A stretch of 64,000 nucleotides of DNA from Lama glama (taxonomy: Eukaryota). The position numbers and the translations under genes are program-made. Location: positions 30,568,001 through 30,632,000 of the forward strand of contig CM052817.1 in NCBI GenBank assembly GCA_028534125.1, written 5' to 3'. The notes below the pieces were generated by a model. That model ran no database searches, was not told the DNA's origin, and worked only from the letters and a program-made list of their open reading frames with translations. Each line of letters starts with the position of its first letter. Position 1 is the stretch's first letter. Shown piece by piece: positions 38,101 through 51,183 of this stretch.

Positions 38101-40239
38101 TACCTAATAGTTTCAAGGTACAATTTTTTTTACTTCCAAGGGACCCCTGGATATCCACGTTAAAGTGATTGGACTTAGAAAACAACTTTTTAGGGAGGCA
38201 AAAATAGAAAGTGTTTTCAGGGAAACTAACCCCCCACCCTCATCACCTCTTCTCACCCCCATTTCTCTTCCTTGAACCCCCTAAAGACAGACTTTTCTCT
38301 GACTCTGGAGCCTACAACTGTTTTCTATTAGCCAAGCACAAAGTAAGTAAAAGTAAGTCACGAAGTTTGTTTTAGGCAAACTACCCCACCCCCATAAAAA
38401 GAGAGAGGTAAAATTCACTGGACTGCACTGTTAGGGAGCCACAGGACTGGAAAGAATACAGAAATGTCCATGCTAGTCATCTATATGAAGACTTTAGATT
38501 TAAAAAAATTAAAAGTCAAAGTTCACAAAGGAGCAAATGCAAGGAGAAAGAATAGATTCCTACAGAATAAGCAAGAAGGATGTGAAAATTCAAGCTCACG
38601 AATAAAAGCAGCAAAAGAGACACTGGGAAAGAACATGATGTATTATTCAAACAAAGAAGTTAGGCAGGGTAAGAATCTTGTGGAATATGAGACACTAAAA
38701 AATATTAAGAAAAACACATCTGAGTAGAAAGTGTCCTTTCCTAAAATTGACCAAAATACTAAGAATTTTCTTCTACCAAAGACATTTTTGATGCATAATA
38801 TCCTCTAATTCATTTAAGTGAAATGACAGAAGTATTACCCGAACTGATGTTTCTTGAAACTTCTAAATCATCTGAGGCTGAGCGAAAAGCTGGAGATTTA
38901 GTGACGTATATTATGTCGTGGGAAAATTAGCCCCTCAAAATAGCAAATGAGAAATTGGCAGCTTAGCCAAATAAACCAGAAGGAATGAATAATCTTACTC
39001 AGTAGCTTAGGGAAGAGAACTTGCTGGAAAATGTAGCTAAATATTGATGGAATTTGTTTCAAGTGTCTGTATATTTTTGACTGAATTATTCTTTCACTCC
39101 AAATGGAAGTGCTGGTCCACTCACATGGGTAACAAAGATAGAAAAAAAGATCAGCAAATTAATAGATATTTGAAATACCATTAAGAAAGAATCTTGATAT
39201 TAAAATTTCAACAGGGGAAATGTATAGTCCTTCATACATTGCTATCCCTGACAGCTGAGCATTTAGCTCAGTTATATGAGGAATGAAATCAATCAGTAGG
39301 TGTTTCTTGAGCACCTGCTAGGTTCTTAGCAAATCTGTGCCAGACATGCTGGAGAAGTAATGGAGTAAATGGAGAAGTAATAAAAATTCCAACAACACCA
39401 TAATAGTTATTAATTATACAGCAACTCTAGAATGACCCTTAAGTTAGCCCATAAATATCACAAACCAAATTAATGATGTTTACAGTAATGAGCTGGCTCA
39501 TTTCCTTGTTGCTGTCCTTCAGCTGCTGACCATCAATAAAACACACCTCTCTGCCAGGCTGAGTTCTCCCCCCAGCCCCTCCCAAAGTTCAGCACATTTC
39601 TTTACATTGTCTGTTGGTCCCTACAGAATACCTATTCCTCTTGATTTTTTACATCACTAAACTCTGTCACCTGACATAGTATGAATTCATTTAGGGGAAA
39701 AACCATCTTTTGAAATTCTTTAAAGTTTTCCTCACCACCCTTAAAGTGGAATTCTTTCAAATATATATTGTAAATAAATATTGTTAATTGACTGTATTAA
39801 TGCCTATAAGACAGGTGATTTCAAATCCCCAAATAAAAGTCATATTTTTTAATACTTTTTAGATGTTTAAAATGTCAAAAAAGATGGAGGAACTATGGAT
39901 TGGTCTATAGTTGAAATGACTGAGTTAAATCAATTGGTGATTCTTAACCTAGACAAAATCCACATATATTTTATTCAAAGCTAGAGATTTGGAAAACGTA
40001 ACTGAGTATCTGTGACTTCGGCATCTATGTAAACTGAACTACCAGCTAAGGGATAGCGCTTGTTTATAAACGGGGTAGAGTTTCATGGTACGGCTTACAC
40101 TTTCAACAATGGGAACATGAAAACAACCTTCAGATAAATGAAGAAAGGGGTGGGGAGTGAATGTGTGGGGGTAGGCACAGCTCAGGGTCAGCAGTGGTGG
40201 TGATAGGTTATAATCGAGGGGCGGCAACTTCTAGGGGTT

Positions 40240-40470
40240 GTACACCAGGACTTTGGAGCCAGACTATCTGGGTTTAAATCTTGGCTCCATTACTTAGCAG
40301 CTTGTTGAGTGGGCAATTAACTTAGACCTCTCTGTGCCTCAATTCCTCCTCTATAAAATAGGATGAAGATGGGACAGGATCGCTGTGGTAATTATATGAG
40401 TTAATATACGTAAAATATTTTAAAATATTCCCTGGCACATGGTAAACACAGGATCAGTTGATGCTCTTAT
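40240..40470 (+). mobile_element. MIR SINE
   Basis: Contains 'ggactttggagccagact..ctgggtttaaatcttggctcc...cctctctgtgcctcaattcctc..ctataaaatagg'. Confidence 0.88.
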
Positions 40471-40981
40471 TGCTGTTGGAACAATAAGGAGTTTTGCTGT
40501 ATAGGTAAGCATAAAATAAATAACCTGAATATTTAATTTGACCAAACTCAGTGAACCCAAAAAGAACCACCCTCTCTTGAATCCATTCTTCCTAAAGTAA
40601 GCATGTGTTAAAGAGCATAAAAGCAAAACTGGCATTAGTTATAGATAGTGGATGAGTCTGTAGTAACATAGATTTTTTTAATTAGAAGAGAATTTGGATA
40701 TAATTTTGCTTAACTTCATCATCTAACAGACAGAGAAATCCAAACTCAAATATTGGGTTGTATGATCAAAACTACACTGGAAAACTGAGGATAGATACAA
40801 AATCCTTTAATGCCCGTCTGTTTTCTCTAGGTGAGAAACAGCGCTGGGGATCCGAAAGCATCCAGAACACTTCACCAAGGCTCAGCTCCCTCGACCATAA
40901 CACTATGTGTGTGACAACACGACAACTCATCTCAGAGTTTATTGTGGACATTAGAGATAATATATATAAGGCAACTGGCAC

Positions 40982-41002
40982 TATATATATATATATATAT
41001 AT

Positions 41003-41045
<43 letters not shown>

Positions 41046-41094
41046 TAAGGCACATAGTAGACACTCAATAAGTAACGATGATGATGATGATGAT
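40982..41094 (+). repeat. (TA)n(CA)n compound microsatellite and (GAT)n tract within a MIR-like remnant
   Basis: Directly visible. Explains several spurious ORFs here. Confidence 0.95.
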
Positions 41095-43257
41095 AGTGAC
41101 ACGTTATCTCTCCAAATTCTATGTACTATGTAACACACTTCATAGCCACTTCCTTTGCCATGATATTTGTAAACACAGAATACATGAAAATAAATGGATG
41201 AATTTACTATTTATCTGTATCTATATCACACACACACACACAATCTTATGCTGTATTATACTTGGTTTACAAGATGTCTTACTACTTCCTTGAACAGTAG
41301 CTCATATATTTAGCCTTCCTGATGCAGCATTAAAATTATGGCATTTCCCCTTCTGGAGGAGAAAACAGCCTAAATTTTCAATTACGATGCTAATGTTGGC
41401 ATTTTTTCTTCCCATGTGATGTTATTACCCATAATTACCAAGATATGCACAATCTGGCTTCAATAAGCTACTAAAAATGATTGCTTCTCCTCCCTTTGTC
41501 ATTTTGAATGATATCCCTTACCTTGTCACTTTTTACATTTCAAAGGCTAATTCAAAGTCTCAGTTTAACTCTCTCTGATACAATTTATCATCACCCACTC
41601 TACCTCTCCTTCACAGCACCTGCCACATTTCTCATTATTTAATTATTTGAGATTAATTGTTGAATGTAGACCTCCCCACTACCTCCAGATTCACAGAGGG
41701 AGTATACAACCTATTCCCAGCCTACTGACACTTAATAGATATCCCATAAATACAGCCATAAATAGACTAGATTCCCAGTATGTAATTGGATATATTAACA
41801 CATATTTCAGCAAATAGGTCTAAGGTAGCAGTGAATACTTAAGGGCAAGTTTTTACTCCTCTAAGCATGCTTGAATTACTCTAAAACCAGGACTCAGAGT
41901 ATACTTCCATATACTACATATAGTCACTCACAAGATTAATAGCCTGTCTCCTTCACTAGACTAAGTTCCTGGGTTTCATTTTCTTTGACTCCTCGGTGCC
42001 TTGTATGGTGACTGGGGCATAGTAGTTGCCTGGTAAACACTTATCAGATTACTGGCTGAGATTTGCTCTCCCGCCTTAGCAAACTGACAGCTTCTCATGA
42101 ATCTGCACATGGCACGTAACAAAACTAACAGATGAAAATGAAAAACATGGCTGGAAATGAAACCTAATTCTGATATCCTTGACACTTAAATCAGACAGTT
42201 TAATAATTGTGCATTTCAACGATTACTCATTACCTAAAGAGCATTACTAACTACAGAACATTCCGCACTTAAAAAAGGTATGGCTTTGGGGAGGTACAAT
42301 TTATATAAGATTTAAAGAATGTCATTAAATTACTGTCACAAATGCACCGAAATGTCAAGCAACTGACAGTACCACTTCATGTCCTTTTTCAAACTGCCAA
42401 GGAAAGAGATTTTAAACTAAGTTAAGAAATAAAAGAAATAAGACTAAATGGGGAGTGAAAGTTCTTTCCATGTTAGCTTAATCTATTTAAAGAACAGCAT
42501 TTCTAAGAGGAGTTTTGAGAATGATTGAAACAAAAATCTGAAACTGGCCTAGTTTGTACACCCTGTTGGAACGGAATGAAGCTTGTGTATTACCAACCAC
42601 TGGAAACCATGGTATGTTACATTGATGTCACTCATGGGCACTAATGTCTGTGTGAGTGAGATGACTAAAATGATCAAAGGACAGTAATCTATGCTTTCCT
42701 CGTAATGTACAGCTGCACTTGTAGATTTACTGAAGCTTCCTGTTTTGCTTGTTTTTGTTTTCAAAGCATCCCGCTCAGTTCTCTGCTATCGTCCGCTAGC
42801 TAAGTCCAGCTGCTGACAAGTGTGTCTCAGAATAAGTATCTGCTGTTCTGTATCCTCACAGTGACCCGGCTCTAGCTCACTGCTTAACATCTGCCTAAAG
42901 TTCACATATGCTACAGTAAAAAAGAATTTTACACAAAAGAAAAATGTTTTTGAAAACTGGTGCTAAATATATTGGTTTCTAGAAGCCCCACATTTCTCAC
43001 TGTCCGATTCCTATGTTTGGTTCAATATAATAAACAACTGTAACTATTAAACACTTTACTATGTGCTGTATGGGAAAATAAAATGAAGCCATAATCAGTT
43101 TTATTAAGGAATGCACTGTCTAACTAGGCAAATAGAGCAATCACATATTAAAAAATCTATGCAAAATACTTCAGGATATTATAAATGATAAATTATGTGA
43201 TGCATACTTTAAATGTTGAAGATGCTTAAAGAAATAAAGGATAATAATAATCACAGA

Positions 43258-44112
43258 GAATCACTAATCATTAGAGAAATGCAAATCAAAATCACTATGA
43301 GATATCACCTCATACCTGTAGATGGCTATAGTCAAAAAGACCACAGATTCCAAACGTTGGCGAGAATGTGGAGAAAAGGAGACCCTGCACACTGCTGCTG
43401 ACAATGTAAACTGGTGTAGCCACTATGGAAAACAGTATGAAGGTTCCTCGAAAAACTGAAAATAAAACTACCATATGATCCAGAAATCCCTCTCTTGGGT
43501 ATTTATCCAAAGAAAATGAAAACATTAATTTGAAAAGATACATGCAGCCCAATGTTCACAGCAGCATTATCTACAATAGCCAAGACATCGGAGAAATCTC
43601 AGTGTCCATCAAAAGATGAATGGTTAAAGAAGATATGACGTACATATACATAATGGAATCCTACTCAGCCAGAAAAAAGAGTGACATTTTGCCATTTGAT
43701 ACAACACAAATGGATCTGGAGGATATTCTGCAGAGATTCCAGTCTCTGTCTGAGTGAAATAAGCCAGGCAGGGAAAGACAAATACTGGGCATTATCGCTT
43801 CTATGTAGAATTTAAAAAAAAAAAGCAAACTGATGAAAATAGAACAGACCCACAGATACAGAGAACAAAGTAGTAGTTACCACTGGGGAGAGGGAAGGTG
43901 GAGCAGGAACAATAGGGGAAGTGGATTAAGAGGTACAAACTACTAGGTATAAAATAAATAAGCTACAAAGATATATTGTACAGCACAGGGAGTATAACCA
44001 ATATTTTATAACAACTTTAAATGGAATATAATCTATAGAATATTGAATCACCATGTTGTACACATAGAACTAATATAATAATGAAAATCAATTATATTAT
44101 AACTTAAAAAAT
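43258..44112 (+). mobile_element. 5'-truncated older L1 (ORF2 C-terminus plus 3' UTR)
   Basis: Remnants SLIIREMQIKITMRYHLIP and 'ccatatgatccagaaatccctctcttgggtatttatcc'. Confidence 0.92.
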
Positions 44113-44819
44113 AGTCTTGGCTATTATTTACTGGGTACTAAGCACTAATACTGTGTATTTTACACGTATGATGCAATTTAATCCTCACTATCAGCCTTTT
44201 GGGTGGATTCTATTACTACTCTGGTTTTGTAGATGTGGATTCTTGAGATCATGCATTCAGTCAAAATGAACTTCTTGAGTTTAGTTAAAATGAGCTTCAT
44301 GTGGGAAATAAGGTTAGCGTTCGACTTCAAAAAATAAATAGTAAAGGAGATTCTCATGAGTGCGCTTGAATTATTGAATCTAAGGTGTATCTTAACTTAT
44401 TTACATATTCATTTTTAGATCATCTTTTTCGTAAAGACTCTAAGCAGAGCAAAGAGCTCTTTAATTTTACAAATATCCTTGTAGAATCTATGGACATCTT
44501 AAAATTGAGACGTCTATGAAGAAGAGCTATACTGAAATGGAAATGGACAAAGAAATTAGGTAGATGGGAAAAGGGAAGGCACGCAGTGGAAAAGGATGCA
44601 CCCGTAATTTGAAAAAATTAAGTAATCATTATCATGAGCTAGGAGAAAATGCCCCGCTAATGGAAATGTCCCCCTACCTACACTGGGACTAATTAGCTTC
44701 TTCAGTAAACATGCTTCACTGTTCCTCTTTATCCTAGTGAATGGGGCCACCACCATCCATACCATCCAGCTCTTTCTTCAATTCCTTCACCCAACATTTC
44801 TAATCAGTCATTAAGGCTT

Positions 44820-45335
44820 GAGACTTAAAAGTCTGGGGTCTGCTAGCCCAGCCCTGCCACTTACCAGATAGATAACTTTGGGTGGGTTACTTGATCCTTA
44901 ACTCTCAATTTCCTCATTGGTAAAACATGGATAAAAATAAAACATATTTTACAAGCTGTTAGAATTAAATTCTATATATATAATTTCTGTAAAAGTTCTT
45001 ATTGCTGGCACATAAAAAGCACTTGGAATATTTTGCTGTTGCTAGACATAGAAATATGAACAAAGACTGTTGGGCTCATTGTTGTATGTTTAATATATAC
45101 ATTCTAATATATACATATAAATTAAATACCATAAAAGAGAGTTTAAGAGAGCAAACTTTGCACTCAGACATAGCAGAATTAAGTTAAATGTTGGGTTTAC
45201 CATTTTCTAGTTGTGTTATATTGAATATATCACTTAACAACTTCAAGCCTCAGTTTCTTCATCTATAAAATAGGTGCTGTGAGCTTGAAATTAAGGAGCA
45301 CATGTAAAGCATATCATATAGTACCTGACACAATT
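44820..45335 (+). mobile_element. Two adjacent MIR SINEs (~44820-45030 and ~45160-45335)
   Basis: Two MIR cores: 'ctcaatttcctcattggtaaaacatgg' and 'gcctcagtttcttcatctataaaatagg'. Confidence 0.75.
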
Positions 45336-46799
45336 TAAAAGTTCAAGTCAACTTTTGGTCCTTGTGTCATTGGATTTTTTTCACAAGCTACAACATGCAC
45401 ACATTAATGAATACTTTCTGACTGAACTAGGACTATAGAATATATTTTCAAGTAACTTTTTAAAAATATGATATTATTAAGAAATCTTCCCATTTTATTT
45501 TGTAGTTATTATTTTTCCAAACCATCCTATTAATCCAAATCACCTGCATGAGTGAGGGAGTCAGTACTCTAAGAAGCAGGAAGGGTGTGGAAGGACAGAA
45601 CCACAAGAATGGAACTCAGCTAAGTCCTGGGAGGACAGAGGCAGAGGCAGAACTCTGGTGATGCTGAGCAGAAACAAAACTGCTGCCTGGCCTCCTGAGA
45701 TGCCTAAAGACACACTCAGGCTGCCGGCAGCTGCTCTTAGAGTCTGCCAATCGGCCTTTTCTCCTTGCTTCATGAATATTCCATAAACCATAAGCTTTCC
45801 GATTCCCAAGGAATAAAAATGGTCACTGTAAACCTCTGCCAGGCCATTAACAGTCCATAGGTCACATATGGTGACAATGAATCAAACCACTAGTGACCTT
45901 ACCCAAAGGACTGTTGAATTATTAAGTATTGTGCAGATGGAAGGCAATTTCAAATGAGGGGTTTAAACACATTTTAGACAAAGGCAGCATCATTCAAATT
46001 AGCAAATAGCCATACTAGTTGGAACCCATATTAGAAGCAGCAAATTTCAGCTGTCTGATTAGACTTTCTGCTGAAACTCCAAATTTTACAAGATTATTAG
46101 GACATTTCCTTCCAATAACATGTTTAAACTTTTGTTTTGAACACACTTTTCCCCTTCATAATTTCCTTCCCCATACATATGTATATATGTATTTTTAAAA
46201 TCTTTTTTCTCTCTCTCTTCCTCAATTTTAATGTATTCTCAACCGTCAAGGTTGAACTTGATACTGAAACTATTCAAAGACAACTGACACTCCAAAGCCA
46301 GCTGTGTACTGGCAGCAATCTGTACTCACTGTCCTTGGAACATAAATATTCTTCCAGTAAACTGCTGTGGAGATCTAAGTTATAATACATATATAGGCAT
46401 CATACACTGTAGAGGACAGGAAGCATATGATGCATATTTTGACTAGATTTATTATAAACTCCTTCCAAAGTCTTGAATACTATGACTCTATGCCCTTCAC
46501 AAATTTCATCTTCTTGATCTTGGTTATGCCATTCGCACACAGCATGTGGCCCATGCTGCCAAGAGGTGTTCCTGAAACAGACTGGACTTAGCCAACTGGA
46601 TGTACTCAACTAAGCATTTGCCAGTGATGGCAACTGCTGTAGTCAAGAGGGATGCTTCAAGGAGCCAGTAGAAGATTGTTGGTCCTCATCCCACCTTTGA
46701 AAATTCTGCAGAATAGTTTTACACTGATTAAGCAGTCCTTTCAAGTATTCACAATATTATAACATGAGTGCAAGGAGTCTCATTATTTAGCAAAAGTGA

Positions 46800-48150
46800 A
46801 AAGAGAACTACACCAACTCAGTATAAACAGAAAAAAACTATATATATAAAATGTCTCTAAACCCAGCATCTCTGAGCAATCCTGGGGTTGGGAGGGGTGG
46901 TTAATAGCTACATGGAAGAGTTAGGATATTTTATAATTTCAACATTAATAGAAAATTATAAGTTAAAATATGTTGTTTTAAAACTTAAAGATAACCACTG
47001 GTTATATAATATGATGTATAGCTTCCAAAGTACATGAGAAAAGAAAGAATAAGGACAATTCAGCAATAAAATATATTACAAAAGTTAATATTAAGAAATA
47101 ATATAAAAATAATCAAATCAAACAGATTTCAAGGGGCTCTATAGGTTACCCCAAAAAAAGGTTATTTAATGATTAAATTCATAGAGTTAATATTAAGAAA
47201 TAATATAAAAATAATCAAATCAAACAGATTTCAAGGGGCTCTATAGGTTACCCCAAAAAAAGGTTATTTAATGATTAAATTCATAGAGTGACATGAAAGC
47301 AGAGCTGTTATGAATCTTTACATGTGGAATATCATAGCATCACAGTGCATAAAACAAAAATAGTTAAAATGCACACAAAATAACACAATCTCATAATATT
47401 TGTGGGAGAATTTTTCACAACTTTCTTGGTATTTGAAAGATCAAGAAGACAAGAAGTGATTTATTGAGAGGGTAAAATAATAATGTTTTAAGTAAAATTA
47501 ATTTAATAATGAATAATCAACGCCTTCCAAATTACTATCAAACATTTACAAGCTTTTAGCCCAACTCAGCACAATGGAAATATCAGCAACATTCAAAGCT
47601 GTATAGGTAACATTTCTGAACATAATGTGATACAACTAAAAATACAATGAAGCTAAATTTAAACAAACAAAAACCCCACTTGGAAACTTGAATATTATCC
47701 TCCAAATAAGTCTTAGCTTGGAGAGAAAATAGCAGCATAATTGCAGAATATTTAGCAAATAATTATGATAACATATTAAAAGTTATGAATTATGGTCAAA
47801 GCTGTATGCAAAGAAAATCTCACTGCAATAAAGGAAACTTTATTATTAAATAAGAAACAGTGAAAATAAATCAAGAAGCTAGAAAAAAGAGTAACAAAAT
47901 TAAACTGCAGAAAGATGGAATTAAAATAAATCATAATGCAATCATTAGGAAAAAAACAGTAAAATAAATAAATCCAAGATGATTTTTTTTAAAAGAACAG
48001 TAAATAGAATCCTTCTACCAAGTCCTTAACAAAACAAATCAAAGCAAATGAAACAATAATAAAAGGCAGAAAGGGCATGAATTTACCTATGGGGAATGGG
48101 AAAGGGAATAAAACTGAGGATAATCAGTTTTTTAAACTAAAAATAGAATA
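46800..48150 (+). mobile_element. Highly decayed L1M ORF2 (endonuclease-region) fragment
   Basis: Strong A-rich asymmetry, with motifs 'gtgggagaattttt', 'tttctgaacataatg' and 'ggtcaaagctgtatgcaaagaaaat'. Confidence 0.6.
47083..47289. repeat. Perfect 102-bp tandem duplication
   Basis: 47083-47184 is identical to 47185-47286, and AGT is repeated at 47287-47289. Confidence 0.97.
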
Positions 48151-48399
48151 GAAAATTCATTCTAATAGCTTTTGAAGATCTTAATGAAACTAATTCCTTT
48201 AGAGGGAAAGATAAGCTATCCAAACTTATTAAATGGAAGGACCATAATTTTCTTATCTGCTCAAGTGCTATTCTTAGAGAACTACTGCCCAGAGCCCTGT
48301 GGGAGGAGAGGTACAAACTGTAGGACCCTGTACAGTTCTTCCCTACCAGGGTACACACCTAACCTAATTTGTTCTACTGCCTTCTTCTCGGGAGGAGGT

Positions 48400-48700
48400 C
48401 CCTGACCACATGGATTCTGAATTGAATCCCACCGTGTCACAAGCCCCCAGCACTTCCTTCCCAGTTTGGTGCTTCAGCTCTGTCACAGCACTATGGCCAT
48501 CTAATACACCTAAGGGTTTTTCTATTTATGTTTCTTTTAAAATTGTCTGTCTCCTTTGTCCTACATACGTAAATGTAAGCTCCATCGAGTAAGGTATCTG
48601 AGGGGCGGAGGGGGGTAGTTTGTATACCCTTGATTCTCAGACTATAAAGTGTCTGGCCCATAGTTGGTACTAAATGTATATTTGTTGAATAAATAAAAGA
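48400..48700 (+). mobile_element. L2a-like 3' end
   Basis: Contains 'atgtaagctccat...gtgtctggcccatagttggtact..atatttgttgaataaataaa'. Confidence 0.8.
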
Positions 48701-49309
48701 AAAAAGAACGCGTGCATGCATGCATGAATAAGTAAAGAAGTGGGTTATCACCAACAGAGAATAAAGCTGATGATTTATATGCACTTTGATTTGGGCACGT
48801 GCAGACAAAAGAAGTTTTAGACTACTATTTGTGGCAACTACAATAAGCTTCTGTATAAGTGACCACAGACACTTGATTCAAGAGAGAAGCTGAGTAGAGT
48901 GAGAAAAAGAGAAAAAAAGAGAGCAGAGTATCAGAGGAGGAGGAGGAGATGAGGGAAGAAGGAATGACTGTTTGCTTTCTCATTTTCATGATGATCTTGC
49001 TACTTTTGTACAACTGGTTCCATGAGGAAAAAGTCACTTTTAATTTTTTTTAATTGCAGAATCACTTACGTGCCCAGTGCAAATTGCAGTAGCTCTTACT
49101 AGGCTTTCATATCCATTTAGATCTGTCTCTTTAGGGTAAGAATTTTCAGTCTTGGATGGACATCACCTGCAACCATGGATCTTCTTGTCTATTGGTTTTG
49201 TTTTCTTCTTCAATACAAAGGCACAGGACCCACCCAGTCCCACAGGTTAGTTCTAATGTGGGGCCATGATAAGAACCACTGCTTTACTTTGTTCAATGAA
49301 TGCCTCTCA

Positions 49310-49950
49310 CATATATCTGGAGGGATCTCTAATTTGAAAAAGATGCATGCACCCCAGTGTTCACAGCAGCACCATTTACAACAGCCTAGACATGGAAGCA
49401 ACCTAAGTGTCCATCTACAGATACTTGGATTAAGAACTTTTGATATATATATATTCCATATATAGTAGTATATGGAATACTACTCAGCCAAAAAAAGAAT
49501 AAAATAATGCCATTTGCAGCAACATGGATAGACCTGGAGACTGTTACACTAAATGAAGTATGCCAGAGAAAGACAAATATCATATGGCATCACTTATATG
49601 TGGAACCTTAAAAAATGATATAAATGAACTTATTTACAAAACAGAAACAGACTCACAGATGTAGAAAAAAACTTACGGTTACCAGTGGGGGGAAGGGGGA
49701 TTACAGGGATGAAATGGGAGTTTGGGATTTGCAGATACTAACAACTATATATAAAATAGATAAACAACAAGGTTCTACTGTATAGCACAGTGAACCACAT
49801 TCAATACCTTGTAATTGCCTATACTGAAAAAGAATACGAAAAGGAGTGTGTATATATGTGTGTGTGTATATATATATATATATGTAAAACTGAATCACTA
49901 TGTTATACACAACATTGTAAATTGACTACACTTCAATTAAAAAAAAAGAA
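49310..49950 (+). mobile_element. 5'-truncated L1 3' end (camelid-type), ~355 nt into intron 8
   Basis: Contains 'gaaaaagatgcatgcaccccagtgttcacagcagca...acaacattgtaaattgactacacttcaatt' and poly(A). Confidence 0.93.
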
Positions 49951-50304
49951 TCAGTATAAGAAGAATTAAATAAAATGCCTTTCCAACCCACTCAAGGATA
50001 TCCACAGGTTCTCTTAATAGCATGTATAAGAGTTTACTCTTTTCTGTAAAAACATTTTAATTCTGAAAAGAACTTTCAAACAACTAGCTTTGTGTACATT
50101 TAGCTCATCCAGAGCTGTTTATTTTTTAAGCAATTAATCACAGTGTTAAAGCTTAAATTCACAATTATCCTTTTATATTTTTTCTGGATTTTTAAATGGC
50201 TTATGAATTGTTAGCAGGATTTTCAACTTCTCAGTTCTTCCCCTGGCAATGAAAATTTGATCAACACTCTGAAACCTTAAACTAAAGCAGAGTAAGTCAA
50301 ATAC

Positions 50305-50564
50305 CTGCAGAGGTCCTTCTGGGCGCTTTCCTCTCAGCACTGGAACAGTCGGAATTTCCTGGACAGCTTTTGATGTCTTCTTTTTGGCTTTTTCCATTTG
50401 AACATTGGTAAAGTAGTTGACAGCAGCAAACTCAATAAGAGCCGAAAATACAAAAGCAAAACAGACAGCTATGAACCAATCCATGGCAGTGGCATAGGAT
50501 ACTTTGGGCAAAGAATGCCGTGCGCTGATGCTCAGTGTGGTCATGGTGAGGACTGTGGTTATTC
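50305..50564 (-). CDS. GABRA4: GABRA4 exon 8 (260 nt; [53 protein letters not shown]...PEGPLQ; TM2, TM3, start of the intracellular loop)
   Basis: Acceptor ttgctttgaag|G and donor CAG|gtattt. Canonical TM2/TM3 sequence. Confidence 0.98.
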
Positions 50565-50739
50565 CTTCAAAGCAAAAGAGCAAAGAGACAAAATACTTAA
50601 TGGTCACTTCTGTGCAAAACAAACAAACAAACAAAAGAAAAACCCCAAAAAACAAAAGCCCACCAAACAAAAAGACCTGGGAGTTTGGTAGCATAGAGGT
50701 AACAAAGTTTATAATAACTCAAATCAAACATCAATCCTA

Positions 50740-50925
50740 GTGGTTCAGCAGAACTAGCACAGGCTTTGGAGTGAGAGATAGATATACATGGTTCAAATCC
50801 CCAGCTCTTCTGATCACTGGTTCAGTGTGAGTTGGATTAAATCAAGAAAACTCACTGGCTTTCATTTTGATACCCACCAACTGGGTTTACTATAAAGGTT
50901 AAAAGTATGTAAGGCACATAACATA
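50740..50925 (+). mobile_element. MIR SINE (decayed)
   Basis: Contains 'agcacaggctttggagtgaga...ggttcaaatccccagctct'. Confidence 0.7.
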
Positions 50926-51000
50926 TATTGATATTAGTACCTGAGCCAATGTACCTGAGAAACTCAACACACACCTAACAGGAAGTGTGACTCACTGAAG

Positions 51001-51098
51001 CACTGATTCTCAACCAGGAGTGGGAAGACAGTAGCACTGAAATTCAAAGCATCAGAATTTCTGGGGTAGGCATGGCCCACTGCTACTGAGAATCACTG
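51001..51098. mobile_element. 98-bp hAT-Charlie (MER5B-like) MITE
   Basis: Terminal inverted repeats CACTGATTCTCA ... TGAGAATCACTG (11/12 match). Internal 'atcagaatttctggggtagg'. Confidence 0.7.
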
Positions 51099-51116
51099 CC
51101 AGAAAAAGCACAAAAT

Positions 51117-51152
51117 ATGTATGTGTCTGTATATGTATATGTATATATATAT

Positions 51153-51183
<31 letters not shown>
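51117..51183 (+). repeat. (TA)n-rich microsatellite
   Basis: Directly visible. Confidence 0.92.

Larger units (their letters stand above)
15583..50304 (-). other. GABRA4: GABRA4 intron 8 (34,722 nt)
   Basis: Lies between the exon 8 donor and the exon 9 acceptor. The in-frame join reads PLQ|NAN. Confidence 0.95.

Noticed and set aside
40758..41293. Cluster of five overlapping ORFs
   Set aside because: Produced by stop-free microsatellites.
48709..48727. (TGCA)n run containing overlapping RBFOX UGCAUG motifs
   Set aside because: It is a decayed L2 (TGAA)n tail 1.6 kb from the nearest exon.
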